From Candidatus Deferrimicrobiaceae bacterium (lineage in GTDB: Bacteria; Desulfobacterota; Deferrimicrobia; Deferrimicrobiales; Deferrimicrobiaceae): 64,000 nucleotides of DNA. The position numbers and the translations under genes are program-made. Positions 49,116 through 64,000 of this stretch are shown here, in pieces. Under the pieces are notes generated by a model. That model made no database searches and was not told where the DNA came from. It was given only the letters and a program-made list of their open reading frames with translations. The stretch covers positions 32,001-96,000 of the forward strand of contig CAWBVY010000001.1 in NCBI GenBank assembly GCA_963792415.1. The letters are read 5' to 3'. Each line of letters begins with the position of its first letter. The stretch's first letter is position 1.

Positions 49116-51220
49116 GGGGCCTCCACGATGGTCATCCGGCAATCGATCGCGCGGATGCCTTTCCCTTTCGGCAGGACCAGCAAGGGGTTGATGTCGAGTT
49201 CCTGGATCTCCGGGAAGTCGCACGACAGGCGCGACACCCGGATCAGCGCCTCCACGATCGCTTCCTCGTCCGCAGGCTCGCTCCCCCGGTATGCGGCGAG
49301 AAGAGGCCAGGCGCGGATCTCCCGGACCATCTCCTCGGCGTCCCGACGAGAAACCGGGGCCACCCGGAAAGAGACGTCCTTCAGCACCTCCACGTAGATC
49401 CCGCCCAGCCCGAACATCAGGAGCGGACCGAACTGGGGGTCGCGGCTCATCCCCACGATGAGTTCCCTGCCTCCCGTGACCATCTCCTGGATGGAGACGC
49501 CGGCGATCCAGGCCGATGGGGCCAGCCGGCGAACGGAAGAGGTGATCTCCATGAAGGCCCGGGCCACGTCGTCCGCGCCGCGAAGGCCGAGTCGAACGCC
49601 TCCGACATCGGTCTTGTGCAGGATCTGCGGCGAGACGATCTTCATCGCCGCGGAATCGCACCCCATCTCCCGGTACGCCGCGACGGCGTCGTCGCTCGTC
49701 CCGGCGAAGGCGTGGCGTGGAAACGTGAACCCGTAGGCTTCGAGGATTCCGCGCGACTCCTCCTCCCCGAGCGCTCTCCGCCCACCGGCAAGGGCTTCGG
49801 CCACGAGGCGCTTCGCGCTCTCCGGGGGGGTCGACGGGGCCTCCTCCTCCCCCTGCCTGCCCTCCGAGCGGATGCGGGAGTATCGAAGCATCGCGGAAAG
49901 GGTCTCCACCGCACGTTCGGGTACCGCGTAGTTCGGGATGCCTCCGTCGCTGAGGATCCGGCGCGACGAGGCCACCGTGGCCTCTCCCAGGAAGGAGGCG
50001 AACACGGTCTTGCGGGAACCGGCGAAGGCGGCAACGGTCGCTCTCGCGGTCTCCTCCGGCTCCGTCATCGCCTGCGGCGTCAGCAGGACGAGGACGGCGT
50101 CGATCGACGGCTCGTCCCGGAGCGCGGAGAGTACGCTCCCGTACCGGTCCGCGCGGGCGTCCCCGATGATGTCCACCGGGTTCCCCAGGCTCGCCGTGGC
50201 CGGAAGCGCGGGAAGGATCCGCTCCCGAAGGGAGGCGGAGACCCCGGGGAGGGAGATGCCGAGGAGCGAAGCCGTGTCCGCAGCGAGGATCCCGGGCCCT
50301 CCCGCGTTCGTCAGGATCAGGAGCCGATCCCCCCCGGGGAGCGGCTGCATCGCGAATCCGAGGGCCAGGTCGAAGAGATCCTCCACCGTCTTCGCCCTGA
50401 GCACCCCGCCCTGGCGAAACGCCGCCCCGTAGGCGCTGTCGGAGCCTGCGAGGCTCCCCGTGTGGGAAGAGGCGGCGCGCGCGCCGGCGGCGGTCGCTCC
50501 CGCTTTCACGACGATGACCGGCTTGCGGGGGGTGACGTTCCGGGCCGCGCGCAGGAACCGGCGACCGTCGTCGATGCTCTCCACGTACCCGAGGATGACA
50601 CGGGTCGACGGATCGTCGGCGAGGAACTCGAGGATGTCCGACTCCGAGATGTCGGCCTTGTTCCCGAGGCTCACGAACTTGGAGAAGCCGACGTTCCGGC
50701 CGATGGCCCAGTCGAGCACCGCGGTGCAGAGCGCCCCGGATTGGGAGAAGAAGGAGATGAATCCCTTCGGGGGCGTCCCGCGGGAGAACGATGCGTTCAG
50801 CGAGGCGTGGGTATCGATCAGGCCGAGGCAGTTGGGGCCCAGCACACGGACCCCCGCGGACGTCGCCGCCTCGCGCAGGGACCGTTCGAGGGCGACCCCC
50901 TCCCCCCCGATCTCCTTGAACCCGGCGGAGATGACGATCCCCGCGCGCATTCCCTTCGCCGCAAGCAGGGGAATCCCTTCGAGGATGGCTTTCGGCGGGA
51001 CGACGAAGACGCCCAGGTCGACGGGCCCGGGGATCGCGTCGATGGACGGGTACAGCGCGTGGCCGAAAAGCTCTCCGCCGCCCGGATTCACCCCGTAGAT
51101 CTTCCCCTGGAACGCGGCCTGCACGAGGTTTGCGAACACCCCGTACCCGACTTTCTCCGGGTTTCGGGACGCCCCGACGACGGCAACCGACCCGGGATGG
51201 AACAGTTCACCAGGTAGCAT
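49112..51220 (-). CDS. ADP-forming acetate/acyl-CoA ligase (alpha-beta fusion)
   Basis: VAVVGAS, GPNCLG, SQSGA, SHTGSLAG, HKTDVGGV, ELDINP. No GNAT domain. Confidence 0.9.
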
Positions 51221-51239
51221 GGCCCCTCTTTGACGCGGG

Positions 51240-53030
51240 CTACTTCTTCTCCGGCGCCGTCACCCGGATCGAAAGCTCGCGCAGCTGCTTCACGTCGACC
51301 CCGGACGGGGCCTCCGTCATGAGGCATGTCGCTTTCTGCGTCTTCGGGAAGGCGATCACGTCGCGAAGCGACTTCGCGCCCGAGAAGAGCATCGCCAGCC
51401 GGTCCAGCCCGAAGGCGATCCCGCCGTGCGGCGGCGCGCCGAATTCCAGCGCCTCCAGAAGGAACCCGAACTTCACCATGGCGGCTTCCGGCCCGATGTT
51501 CAGCAGATCGAACATCCGCGACTGAACGTCCTTCCGGTGAATACGGATGCTTCCCCCGCCGATCTCCGAGCCGTTCAGCACCATGTCGTACGCCTTGGCG
51601 CGGACCTTCCCGGGATCCGTCGCGAGCAGCGGGAGGTCCTCGTCCAGCGGCGCCGTGAACGGGTGGTGCATCGCCCCCCACCGCTTCTCCTCCTTGTCCC
51701 ACTCGAGGAGCGGGAAGTCGGTCACCCACAGCAGGTGATGCAGGGAGGCGTCGATCAGCCCGAGCTTTTCCCCGAGGTGGAGGCGGAGGCGTCCGAGGGA
51801 GGAGCACGCCACGTCGAACGAGTCGGCCACCAGCAGGATCAGGTCCCCCGTCTTCGCGCCCGCCGCTTCCCGAAGGGAGGTCAGCTGTTCAGCGCCGAAG
51901 AACTTCGCCAGGGAGGAGGTCAGCCCCGCATCGGTCACCTTGAACGAGGCAAGCCCGGAGGCCCCCCCGATCTTCGCCACCTCTTCGAGCGCGGCGATTT
52001 CGGAGCGGCTCGATTCGGCCATGCCGGGCGCCGTGATCGCACGGATCACGCCGCCGCGCGACGCCACCTCGGCGAAGACACGGAAGTCGGTCTTCGACAG
52101 GAGCGCCGTGTGATCCGTGATCTCGAGCCCGAACCGGGTGTCGGGCTTGTCGACCCCGAACCGGTCCATTGCCTCCCGGTAGCTCATCCGCGGTATCGGG
52201 CTCCGGATCTCTTTGCCGAGAACGTCCCGGAAGACGCGGGCCATGAGCCCTTCCATCATATGGAAGATGTCGTCCCGGTCGATGAACGACATCTCGACGT
52301 CGATCTGCGTGAACTCGGGCTGCCGGTCGGCGCGCAGGTCCTCGTCCCGGAAGCACTTGACGATCTGCGCATACCGGTCGTACCCGGCGATCATCAGGAT
52401 CTGCTTGAACAGCTGCGGGGACTGGGGAAGGGCATAGAACATCCCCGGATTGACGCGGGACGGCACCAGGTAGTCCCGCGCCCCCTCGGGGGTGCTCTTC
52501 GTCAGCACCGGCGTCTCCACCTCGAGGAATCCGTTCTCGAAGAAGTACTCCCGCACGGAGCGGGCAAGCACCGCGCGTTTCATGAACATCGCCTGGATCG
52601 ACGGCCGCCGGAGGTCGAGATAGCGGTACTTGAGGCGGACGTTTTCGGCCACGTCGGAGTCGTCCTCGAGCGAGAACGGGATCGGTTTCGACTCGTTCAG
52701 GATCGCGAGCGCGGTCGCCGACACCTCCACCGCTCCCGTCGGGAGGTTCGGGTTTTCCGTGCCCGCGGGGCGACGGCGGACGACGCCGCGCACCGAAAGG
52801 ACGTACTCCACCCGCAGGGCGTCGGCCTTCGCGTGCGCTTCCGGAGAGGTGACGGGATCGATGACGACCTGCGCCAACCCCTCCCGGTCGCGCAGGTCGA
52901 CGAACACGAGCCCCCCGTGGTCCCGCCGCCGGTGGACCCAGCCGCACAGGACAACCTCCTTGCCGATGTCCTCCGGCCGGATCCGGCCGCAGTAGATGGT
53001 CCTCTTGTGTTCCGGCAGAAACGCGTCCAA
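51240..53030 (-). CDS. aspS: Aspartate--tRNA ligase, probably non-discriminating
   Basis: [36 protein letters not shown] start after AGGAGG. Confidence 0.96.
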   Translation of the reverse strand: MDAFLPEHKRTIYCGRIRPEDIGKEVVLCGWVHRRRDHGGLVFVDLRDREGLAQVVIDPVTSPEAHAKADALRVEYVLSVRGVVRRRPAGTENPNLPTGAVEVSATALAILNESKPIPFSLEDDSDVAENVRLKYRYLDLRRPSIQAMFMKRAVLARSVREYFFENGFLEVETPVLTKSTPEGARDYLVPSRVNPGMFYALPQSPQLFKQILMIAGYDRYAQIVKCFRDEDLRADRQPEFTQIDVEMSFIDRDDIFHMMEGLMARVFRDVLGKEIRSPIPRMSYREAMDRFGVDKPDTRFGLEITDHTALLSKTDFRVFAEVASRGGVIRAITAPGMAESSRSEIAALEEVAKIGGASGLASFKVTDAGLTSSLAKFFGAEQLTSLREAAGAKTGDLILLVADSFDVACSSLGRLRLHLGEKLGLIDASLHHLLWVTDFPLLEWDKEEKRWGAMHHPFTAPLDEDLPLLATDPGKVRAKAYDMVLNGSEIGGGSIRIHRKDVQSRMFDLLNIGPEAAMVKFGFLLEALEFGAPPHGGIAFGLDRLAMLFSGAKSLRDVIAFPKTQKATCLMTEAPSGVDVKQLRELSIRVTAPEKK

Positions 53031-53032
53031 CG

Positions 53033-54291
<1,259 letters not shown>

Positions 54292-54295
<4 letters not shown>

Positions 54296-55680
54296 GGGGC
54301 GCTCTGGGTGTGGGCCAGGTAGACGACGTTCCGGGTGGATTCCTTCCCGCGGTACATCGCCTGGTCCGCGAGGGTGAGCAGGTTCTGCTTCGTGGTCGCG
54401 TGCTCGGGGAACGCCGCGATCCCCACGGAGATCGTCAACCGGATCCGGAGCCCCTCCTCGTTGACGAACACCTCCTCTTCGACCATCTTCCGCATTCTCT
54501 CGGCGACGATCATCGCCTCGTGCGCGTTGGTCTCGACGAGGAGGACGACGAACTCGTCCCCTCCGTAGCGGACGACCGTGTCGGAATCCCGGACGCACGC
54601 GCGCAGGACCGTCCCCACCTCCACCAGGACGCGGCTGCCGATGAGATGGCCGTGGGCGTCGTTGACCCGCTTGAAGAAATCGATGTCCATGAAGAGGACG
54701 CAGAAGAAGTTCCGGTACCGCTCGGACCGCTTCATCTCCCGGTCGAGGACCACGTTCAGGTAGCGGCCGTTGTACAGCTTCGTGAGGTCGTCGATGTAGA
54801 TCAGGCTCTGCGCCTGCGCGTTGCGTTCCGCGTTGATCAGGGCGAGGCGCGCCTGCCGCTGGAAGAAGTTGAGCAGCGACGAGTTGAGGGCCTCCGAGTC
54901 GGGTGTGCCCCGCAGCCCCAGCAAGGCGTATACCCTGGACCCCGGGCCGAGGTCGAAGGGCACGGAGAGGAGGATGCGGTTCTCCGAGAGGAACCCCGCG
55001 CCGCCGGACGCGGACGCGTTCAGCGTGTCGGCGTGGGTCAAGGTCAGGCCGGGACCCGGCGTCGCGAGCTTCTCCCCGAAGCGCCGGAGAAAACCGGCGG
55101 GAACGATGTCATCGGGGAACCCGAGGGACGCGAGCATCGCGCACGGCCCTCCCCCCTTCTCCCCTCCCCGGAAAAGGATCCCGAAGGAAGATCCCAGCGC
55201 TTCGCGGAACTTTTCGAGGATCGTGGGGGCCAGCAGAGCCATGTCGGTCGAGGTGATCACCGGGATGCAGAAGTCGAACATTTCGTCGAGCGACAACCTC
55301 CGGTGCAGTCCGTAGCCCGAGAAGAGGTACTTCTCGACGCACGGGACGACGGTTTGCGCAAGGGATTCCTCGAAGAGGATCTCGGACACCCCGCCTTTCA
55401 GGGCTTTGACGACCGACGGGCCTTCCTTCTCCCCGAGGATGAGGATCATCGAGGTCTTGGAGGCAAGCGCAAGGAGGTCCTTCACGTACGCCTCCGTCCC
55501 CTGTTCCTTCGAGAATTTCCGGGCGACGATGACGGAGAAATTTTCCTTGCGGAGGGCTTCCGCGCCGCTTTTCCAGTCGGAGAGGATCGAGAAATGCACA
55601 CCCTTCATGGAGGGAACCCGAACCATCTCCTCGATGCGATTCGCGTCGGGGGCGAGGATCAGGACGCGTTGGGCGGTCAT
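54292..55680 (-). CDS. Diguanylate cyclase with degenerate REC-like/GAF-like N-terminus
   Basis: [19 protein letters not shown]-site RDSD, intact GGDEF, ADQAMY. Confidence 0.9.
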
Positions 55681-55726
55681 CGGCGCACTCCAGCGCCGCA
55701 CAGGAGAATCCGCGGCAGGGAAACCG

Positions 55727-58102
55727 TCACATCAGACTCCAAAGACATTTCCATACATCCCCGTGCCCTGACTGCGCAAAAAAGACCCCCCTGCCGTCGG
55801 AACGGACCGTAAATGCCCCATTTTCCAAGACGAAAAGCTTTTGCGAAAGTATCAGATTCCCCTCGGTAAAACAACGGCTATTTTGCGCGACCACGGCGTC
55901 GGGCCTGCAGAACGCGGTCCATCCCGCGGGGTCCGCTCCCGGGGATCCGTGGTGGGGCAGGAACAGGACCCTCCGTTCCCCCGCTGCCGTCGGAAACCGT
56001 CCCCAGACGGAAGCCCCCTTCTCCACATCCCCGGGCAACCACATCGACAGGATACCAAATCGAATCTCAAGAACCATCCCCCCTTCATTCGCTTTCCCTC
56101 CCTCCCCCGGATTCGCGGGGCCCCGCACGACGACTTCGGCTTCGCCGAACCGTTCCCGCGCCCCACTGCGAACGGTCCGCAGCGGCCCGGCCCAAGAGGC
56201 GACGGCGGGACCGAACGCCTCCCGCGGAATCCCTTCCGGGATCCAGATCTCGCGGACAGGCAGCGCGGCAAGGACCGCAGCCGCGCCCCCGTAATGGTCC
56301 TCGTGGGGGTGGGTCAGCGCGAGGACGTCGATCCGGCGGATTCCCTGGTTCCGCAGGAACGGGAGAACCGCGCGCGCTCCCGCGTTCCCGCGGAGGGCGC
56401 TCCCGCAGTCGATCAGCATATGCGCGCGCCCCGGAAACGATACGACGTGGGAGGCGCCTTTTCCCACGTTCAGCGCCGTGAGGGAAAAATCCCGCCGGGG
56501 GAGCGCCGCATAAGGGGCGTGGATCCCGCAGAGGAAGAGCGCCGCGGACAGGACGGCCGCGGGCCATGGCCGCCTGCCGCGCCGGAGGAGCGCGATCGTC
56601 CCCGCCACGGCGGCCGCCATCGAAAGAGCCGGCCACGCGATCCCCGACGGAGGGACGGGGAAGCACCCCGCGCCGGACCCGGAGAGCCGATCCAGCAGCG
56701 AAAGTGCGAGCGTCAGCCCGTCCGCAACGACGCGGACCACCGGGGCGAGCGGATCGACGCCGAACACCCCCCCGACCACCGCGACGGCCGCCCCGGCGAC
56801 TCCCGCCGTCCCCAGGATCGGCCCGAACAGGACGTTCCACAAGATCGCCCCGGAGGGGACCGCCTGGAAAAAGGCGGCGGATACCGGCAGCGTCCCGAGG
56901 AACGCGACGGTCGCGGCGACCACCGCCTCCTTTACCCACCAGGTCGCGCGCGGCCGCCATCCCGTCCCCCTCCCTCCCTGCGAAGCGGCGTGGTTCGCGA
57001 TGAGGAAAAAGGTCGCCCCGTAGGACAGGAGGAAGGAGGGGGAAACGATCTCCGTCGGCTTTGCCGCGAGCGTGAGGAGAAGCATCCCGGTCCAGACGAT
57101 CCCGGGTGCGCGGACGCCCAGCCGGCGCCACAGAAGGACCGCGATCGTGATCATGCCTGCCGAGCGGACGGCCGGCGTGGGGGCCCCGGCCAGGAAGACG
57201 TAGGCCCAGGACGCCGGCAGCGCGAGGAGCGCCGGCAGAAGGTTCAGGTCGGGGGTTCCGTGCCTCCTTCGGAACGCCCAGATCCCCGACCGCAGGAGGA
57301 AGACGGTGAGGAGGTGGAAGATCGCCACGTTGACGCCCGATATGGCGAGAAGGTGGGCGAGGCCGGTCCGGCGCAGCAGCGTGACCAGCGGGTGGGAGTA
57401 CGGCGGAACCTCTCCGGTCGCCAGGGAAAGCAGGTACAGGGAGCCGTTCGTGGTCCCGGCGACGCGCTTGACCCACTCCCCCGTTTCCCGACGCGCGCGC
57501 GGAAATGGATCCCTCCATCGATCCGCTCCCGCCGCTTCCGGGAGGAGGACGACCTTCGCGGCGTCGGCGGAAAATGCGTATTGCGCCCCCTGCGCCATCG
57601 CCGCCCACTCCCGCGGGATCTCGCCGGGATTTCCCCTGCCGCGCACCGGATGCAGGCGCCCGGCGGCGCGAACGCGTGCCGGGAAAGAAACCGAAAGGTC
57701 CGGATTCCGGATGTACAGAAGAACGGTTCCCAGTCGGATCGATTTCGTACCGCCCGGCAGGGAGAGCACCGAACCGCGCGCGGCGGCGGCCCATCCGGAA
57801 TCGGTGACGCGGACCTCATCGATCACCCCATCGAGAAGCGCCTCGTTGTCGATGTACGGCAGAACGTTCCCCGGGGCGACGAGAGGAACCCTGCCGGCGG
57901 TCAGGGAGCCGCACAGCGCGGCGACGGCGCAGGCCAGCGGTATCTCCCGGAAACGGAAGGATGCGAGGCCGAGGGCCGCCAGGAGCAGAACCCCGGAGAC
58001 GGCGAGTCCCGAAGGCCCGGCGGCCAGCCCGAGGAAGAATCCGGAGAGGAAGGCGAGGAGGAGCAGGTACAGCGGCCCCTGCCCGCGGAACGGATGGTCC
58101 AT
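55727..58102 (-). CDS. comEC: ComEC/Rec2 DNA uptake channel
   Basis: GLAHLLAISGVNV, multiple TMs, SFLLSY, beta-lactamase-fold motifs THPHEDHYGG and HHGS. Confidence 0.92.
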   Translation of the reverse strand: MDHPFRGQGPLYLLLLAFLSGFFLGLAAGPSGLAVSGVLLLAALGLASFRFREIPLACAVAALCGSLTAGRVPLVAPGNVLPYIDNEALLDGVIDEVRVTDSGWAAAARGSVLSLPGGTKSIRLGTVLLYIRNPDLSVSFPARVRAAGRLHPVRGRGNPGEIPREWAAMAQGAQYAFSADAAKVVLLPEAAGADRWRDPFPRARRETGEWVKRVAGTTNGSLYLLSLATGEVPPYSHPLVTLLRRTGLAHLLAISGVNVAIFHLLTVFLLRSGIWAFRRRHGTPDLNLLPALLALPASWAYVFLAGAPTPAVRSAGMITIAVLLWRRLGVRAPGIVWTGMLLLTLAAKPTEIVSPSFLLSYGATFFLIANHAASQGGRGTGWRPRATWWVKEAVVAATVAFLGTLPVSAAFFQAVPSGAILWNVLFGPILGTAGVAGAAVAVVGGVFGVDPLAPVVRVVADGLTLALSLLDRLSGSGAGCFPVPPSGIAWPALSMAAAVAGTIALLRRGRRPWPAAVLSAALFLCGIHAPYAALPRRDFSLTALNVGKGASHVVSFPGRAHMLIDCGSALRGNAGARAVLPFLRNQGIRRIDVLALTHPHEDHYGGAAAVLAALPVREIWIPEGIPREAFGPAVASWAGPLRTVRSGARERFGEAEVVVRGPANPGEGGKANEGGMVLEIRFGILSMWLPGDVEKGASVWGRFPTAAGERRVLFLPHHGSPGADPAGWTAFCRPDAVVAQNSRCFTEGNLILSQKLFVLENGAFTVRSDGRGVFFAQSGHGDVWKCLWSLM

Positions 58103-58151
58103 GGGCCGCGGTTAACGGCAAAATCCATACCGCTCCCCTGCGGAGAAGCGT

Positions 58152-59819
58152 CTATTTTGCGGGCGCTCGTTTATCTCCGAAGGCGGCGCGGGTGCGGCGG
58201 GAGCGGTGGAAGGTGATCGCGAAGCGGTGGGCCTCGTCGCGGACGCGCATCAGCAGGTGCAGCACCGGGTCGTTGGGCGGGAGGTGGAGCGGGTTTTTCC
58301 GCCCGGGCAGGAACACCCGTTCCCTGAAGACCTTCTCGCCGCCGCGGACGCGCTCCTTCGCGAGGGAAAGGAGAGGGATCTCCTCCCTGCCGGCGGCCCG
58401 CATCGCCGCCGCCGCCGCGGAGAGCTGCCCCTTCCCCCCGTCGACCAGGACGAGGTCCGGCATCCCGCCGAAGTCCTCGTCGTGGGCGAACCGGCGGCCG
58501 ACCACCTCTTCCATCATCGCGAAGTCGTCCGGGCCGACCACCCCGCGCACGGAGAATTTCCGGTACCACTTCTTCGCGGGCTTGCCGCCGAGGAACGCGA
58601 CCATCGACCCCACCGCTTCCGTCCCCGAGAGGTTCGAGATGTCGTACCCCTCGATCCGCGCCGGCGGACCCGGCAGCGAAAAGAGGGCCGCCATCCGCCC
58701 CGCCACGCGGTCGTACGCCTCCTCCTTCTCGCGGCGCATCCGCGCTCCTTCCGCGGCGTTCCGGCGGGCGAGATCCGCGAGCCGGAACCGCTCCCCCCGC
58801 AGGGGAACGCGCACCGCGACGGGCCGACCCGCACGCTCGGAGAGCGCGGCGGAGAGCGCCGCGCGGTCGGTCACCGGGAACGGGAGGAGGATCTCGCCGG
58901 GAAAGAACGCATCCTCCCCATAATGGTGCAGCAGGAAGGAGACGATCGCCTCCTCCTCCGGTCCCTCCCACCGGAAGTGCCGCTGGTGCGCGTCTTCAAT
59001 GCGCCCGTTCCGCACATAGAGAACGGCCGCCGTCACAGCGGGCCCGACGCGATGCCAGCCGACGGCGTCGACGTCCCCCCCGACGGTCCGGACGACGCGC
59101 TGGCGCGCCAGGGTCTTCGAGACGACGGCGATCCGGTCCCGGACCTTCGCGGCCTCCTCGAACCGCATCCCCAAGGAGAGCGCATTCATCTCCGTTTTCC
59201 ATCGGGCAAGGAGTCCGCGGTACTCGCCCCGGAGGAATCGCACCGCGTCGTCGACGACGGGGAGGTACCGCTCCCTCGTGACCAGGCCGGCGCACGCGCC
59301 GAGGCACCTTCCCATCTGGTGGTTGAGACAGGGCCGCGTGCGGGAGGCGAATTTCCGCCGCGTGCAGGAGCAGAGCGGGAAAAGGCGGAGCAGTTCCCGC
59401 ATCGTTTCCCGGATCCCCCGCGCCGAGGAGTACGGGCCGAAATACGTCGCCCCGTCCCGCGCCGCCCTGCGGACCAGCTCGGGGCGCGGGAACGCCTCGT
59501 TCCGGTCGATCCGGAGGAGCAGGTACTCCTTGTCGTCGCGAAAGAAGATGTTGAAGGGCGGGCGGTGCCGCTTGATGAGGGTGTTCTCGAGGAGGAGGGC
59601 CTCCTTCTCCGTGGCGGTTACGATGCACCGGATCTCCCGGACCCTTGCGACGAGGTTCGGGATGGCCGGCCGCCCGTCCCCGCCCGGAACCGAATAGTTC
59701 CGGACGCGGGCCCGGAGGTCCTTCGCCTTCCCCACGTACAGCACCTTCCCCCGGCCGTCGCCCATGATGTAGACGCCGGGGGAGCGCGGGAACGTCTTCC
59801 AGTCCGACGGGATCCCCAT
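58152..59819 (-). CDS. uvrC: Excinuclease ABC subunit C (no C-terminal HhH domain)
   Basis: GIY-YIG PGVY...YVGKAK, Cys cluster, UVR FEEAAKVRD, RNase H-like GYDISN, VDGGKGQ, RDEAHRFA. Confidence 0.95.
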   Translation of the reverse strand: MGIPSDWKTFPRSPGVYIMGDGRGKVLYVGKAKDLRARVRNYSVPGGDGRPAIPNLVARVREIRCIVTATEKEALLLENTLIKRHRPPFNIFFRDDKEYLLLRIDRNEAFPRPELVRRAARDGATYFGPYSSARGIRETMRELLRLFPLCSCTRRKFASRTRPCLNHQMGRCLGACAGLVTRERYLPVVDDAVRFLRGEYRGLLARWKTEMNALSLGMRFEEAAKVRDRIAVVSKTLARQRVVRTVGGDVDAVGWHRVGPAVTAAVLYVRNGRIEDAHQRHFRWEGPEEEAIVSFLLHHYGEDAFFPGEILLPFPVTDRAALSAALSERAGRPVAVRVPLRGERFRLADLARRNAAEGARMRREKEEAYDRVAGRMAALFSLPGPPARIEGYDISNLSGTEAVGSMVAFLGGKPAKKWYRKFSVRGVVGPDDFAMMEEVVGRRFAHDEDFGGMPDLVLVDGGKGQLSAAAAAMRAAGREEIPLLSLAKERVRGGEKVFRERVFLPGRKNPLHLPPNDPVLHLLMRVRDEAHRFAITFHRSRRTRAAFGDKRAPAK

Positions 59820-59822
59820 CGC

Positions 59823-61811
59823 TCAGCGGGTTGACAGCTCCGCCTTCTCCAGGGCGAGAAGGCGGTCGCGCAGGTCCGCCGCGCGTTCGAAGTCGAGTTT
59901 TTTCGCCGCCCGCTCCATCTCCTTCCGGATCTTCCGAAGGAGTTTCGCGAGCTCTTCCCGCGAGGAGAAGCCCGGCTCCCCGACGGACGGGGTCACGTAA
60001 TCCGCCTCGCACGCCTGCCCGATCGGATCCGCGATCATCTTCCGGATCGTCTCGGGGGTGATCCCGTGCTCCCGGTTGTACGCCACCTGCCGCTCCCTCC
60101 GCCGGCCCGTCTCCGACATCGCCTCCCGCATCGACCCGGTCTCCCGGTCCGCGTACAGGATGACCCTTCCGGACACGTTGCGCGCGGCGCGGCCGAACGT
60201 CTGCACGAGCGACCGGGCGGAGCGGAGAAAACCTTCCTTGTCGGCGTCCAGGATCGCCACCAGGCAGACCTCCGGCAGGTCGAGCCCCTCCCGGAGCAGG
60301 TTGATGCCGACGAGGACGTCGAACGTCCCGAGCCGGAGGTCCCGCAGGATCTCGACCCGCTCCATGGTGTCGATGTCGGAATGGAGGTAGCGCACCCGCA
60401 CGCCCTGCCCCTCGTAATGCTCCGTGAGATCTTCGGCCATTCGCTTGGTGAGGGTCGTGACCAGGACCCTCCCCCCGGCGGCGGCGCTTTTCCGGATCTC
60501 CCCGAGAAGATCGTCCACCTGCGTCCGCGCGGGGCGGACCTCGATCTCGGGGTCGACGAGCCCCGTGGGGCGGATGATCTGCTCCACCACCGCACCGACG
60601 CTCTCCCGCAGTTCGTACTCGGCGGGAGTCGCCGAGACGAAGATCACCTGCCCCACCCGGCCGTTGAACTCCTCGAACCGGAGCGGCCGGTTGTCGAGCG
60701 CGGAGGGGAGCCGGAACCCGAAATCCACCAGCGTCTGTTTCCGGGACCGGTCGCCGTTGTACATCCCGTTCAGCTGGGGGACGGTAACGTGGGACTCGTC
60801 GAGGAAGGTGACGAACCCCTTCGGGAAGTAGTCGAGGAGCGTGTACGGCGGCTGGCCGGGGGCGCGCCCGTCGAGGTGGCGGGAGTAGTTCTCGATGCCG
60901 GAGCAGAACCCCATCTGGGAGATCATCTCCAGGTCGTAGGTGGTCCTCTGCTTCAGCCGCTCCGCCTCGAGCGGCTTCCCCTGCGCGTGAAGCTCCGCGA
61001 GCCGCCCTTCCAGCTCCTCCCCGATCCCGTGGACCGCCCGCTCGAGCTGATCCTCCGGCGTCACGTAGTGGCTGGCCGGGAAGATGACCGTTCCCCTCAA
61101 CTCCCGGATCCGCGTACCCCGGAGGGGGTCCACGTGAAGGATCCGGGCGATCCGGTCCTCGTCGTACTCGATCCGAAGGACCTTCTCCTCCTCGTACGCG
61201 GGGAACAACTCGACCGCGTCTCCGCGGACGCGCAACGTTCCGCGGTGGAAGTCCACGTCGTTTCGCTCGTACTGCAGGTCGATCAGGCGGCGCAGGAGCG
61301 CGTTCCGGGGGAACTCCGCGCCGACCTCGACGCGGACGGTCATCCGCCCGTAATACTCCGGGGAGCCGAGGCCGTAGATGCACGACACGGAGGCGATCAC
61401 GATCACGTCGCCGCGGGTCATCACCGATCTCGTGGCGCTGTGCCGCATCTTGTCGATCTGCTCGTTGATCGAGGAGTCCTTGTCGATGTAGGTGTCCGTG
61501 TGCGGGAGGTACGCCTCGGGCTGGTAGTAGTCGTAGTAGGAGACGAAATACTCGACCGCGTTTTCGGGGAAGAGGGATTTGAACTCGGAGTAGAGCTGCG
61601 CGGCGAGCGTCTTGTTCGGGGCGATCACGAGCGCGGGCCGGTCGACGGCGGCGATGACGGAGGCCATCGTGTACGTCTTCCCCGACCCGGTCACGCCGAG
61701 CAGGACCTGGCGCGCAAGCCCGTGGGCGAGCCCCTCGGAGATCTCGCGGATCGCCCCCGGCTGGTCCCCCGCGGGGGCGAACGGCGCCGCAAGCTGGAAC
61801 GTGGAACTCAA
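59823..61811 (-). CDS. uvrB: Excinuclease ABC subunit B
   Basis: [39 protein letters not shown]. Confidence 0.98.
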   Translation of the reverse strand: MSSTFQLAAPFAPAGDQPGAIREISEGLAHGLARQVLLGVTGSGKTYTMASVIAAVDRPALVIAPNKTLAAQLYSEFKSLFPENAVEYFVSYYDYYQPEAYLPHTDTYIDKDSSINEQIDKMRHSATRSVMTRGDVIVIASVSCIYGLGSPEYYGRMTVRVEVGAEFPRNALLRRLIDLQYERNDVDFHRGTLRVRGDAVELFPAYEEEKVLRIEYDEDRIARILHVDPLRGTRIRELRGTVIFPASHYVTPEDQLERAVHGIGEELEGRLAELHAQGKPLEAERLKQRTTYDLEMISQMGFCSGIENYSRHLDGRAPGQPPYTLLDYFPKGFVTFLDESHVTVPQLNGMYNGDRSRKQTLVDFGFRLPSALDNRPLRFEEFNGRVGQVIFVSATPAEYELRESVGAVVEQIIRPTGLVDPEIEVRPARTQVDDLLGEIRKSAAAGGRVLVTTLTKRMAEDLTEHYEGQGVRVRYLHSDIDTMERVEILRDLRLGTFDVLVGINLLREGLDLPEVCLVAILDADKEGFLRSARSLVQTFGRAARNVSGRVILYADRETGSMREAMSETGRRRERQVAYNREHGITPETIRKMIADPIGQACEADYVTPSVGEPGFSSREELAKLLRKIRKEMERAAKKLDFERAADLRDRLLALEKAELSTR

Positions 61812-61812
61812 G

Positions 61813-63257
<1,445 letters not shown>

Positions 63258-63261
<4 letters not shown>

Positions 63262-64000
63262 CCCTCCGCACCTCCGCCGTTTTCCGGGCGCGACCCCCGG
63301 AGCAGGGCCACCGCCCAGGCGGAGATCCCTTCCCCGCGCCCCTCGAACCCCATCCCTTCCGTGGTCTTCCCCTTGACGCTCACGCACTCCTCCGGCACCG
63401 ACAGGATCCCGGCGATGGAGGAGCGAAGCGCGTCCGCCAGCGGGGCGATCCGCGGAGTCTCGCAGACCACGACGGCATCGAGCCCGAGGAGGCCGAACCC
63501 CCCGGACGCCATCCTCCCCCGGGCGTGCGCGAGGATCGTGCGGCTCGAGATCCCGAGGGTCTCCTCCCGGCCGGGCGGAAAATGGAACCCGATGTCCCTG
63601 TCGCCCATCGCCCCGTAGATCGCGTCGGCCACGGCGTGCAGGAGAACGTCCCCGTCGGAATGGCCGAGGAGCCCCGTCGGGTGGTCGACCCGCACCCCCC
63701 CCAGCCACAGTTCCCTCCCGGGAACGAGACGGTGGGCGTCCCCCCCGAGCCCGACCCGGAAATCCGGATCCCCGGACACGAACCCCGCCGCCATCCGGAG
63801 GTCCTCGGGAAGCGTGATCTTGAGGTTCGCCTCCTCCCCGGGAAGGGCGACGACCGGATGGCCGGCCGCCTCGACGAGGGAGGCGTCGTCGGTCCCGGCG
63901 CGCCCCTCGCGCGCGGCGAGGGCGTACGCCTCCCGGAGGATTTCGGCGCGGAACCCCTGCGGGGTCTGGGCGCGGAGGAACTCGGACCGGTCCCGCGTGA
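63258..64000 (-). CDS. ispDF: Bifunctional IspD/IspF (partial, 5' end outside the window)
   Basis: IspD motifs AQTPQGF, TDDASLVE and NLKIT are in frame with IspF motifs GDAH, GHSDGD, DIG and KGKTTE. Confidence 0.92.

Overview
High-GC bacterial chromosomal segment; gene content and order (glyQS-ppdK, zapA-6S-ygfA-rny-ymdB-tyrS-rRNA, korDABC, DUF4390-NtrY) point to a Desulfobacterota/deltaproteobacterial lineage (inference). Almost every gene is on the minus strand, co-oriented with a complete rRNA operon (16S-tRNA-Ile-tRNA-Ala-23S-5S). Most of the window is housekeeping: ispDF, cysS, uvrBC, comEC, a GGDEF protein, hisS, aspS, acetate-CoA ligase, a TCA cluster (mdh-sucCD-korDABC-ndk-icd), rlmN, mtnP, pilW, rodZ, recO, glyQS, ppdK, smc, ftsY, zapBA, rny, tyrS, yebC and ruvCAB. 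The one accessory block is about 8.7 kb and sits between ruvC and ruvA. It encodes a CHASE2 class III cyclase with non-canonical base-specifying residues, a FecR-TPR-beta-barrel outer-membrane protein, a small secreted protein, a GAF-type sigma54 activator, and a sigma54 promoter driving an orphan ORF. Together these are a candidate self-contained trans-envelope second-messenger circuit. Other notable items: a CxxC-x9-CxxC insertion in PPDK, a 3x56-bp repeat element abutting the tRNA-Ala CCA end, a dispersed 65-bp double-hairpin repeat family, tandem NrdR-like boxes at smc, and a UvrC lacking its HhH domain. Several single-base frameshifts at short homopolymers suggest residual assembly errors, so broken ORFs should be treated with caution.
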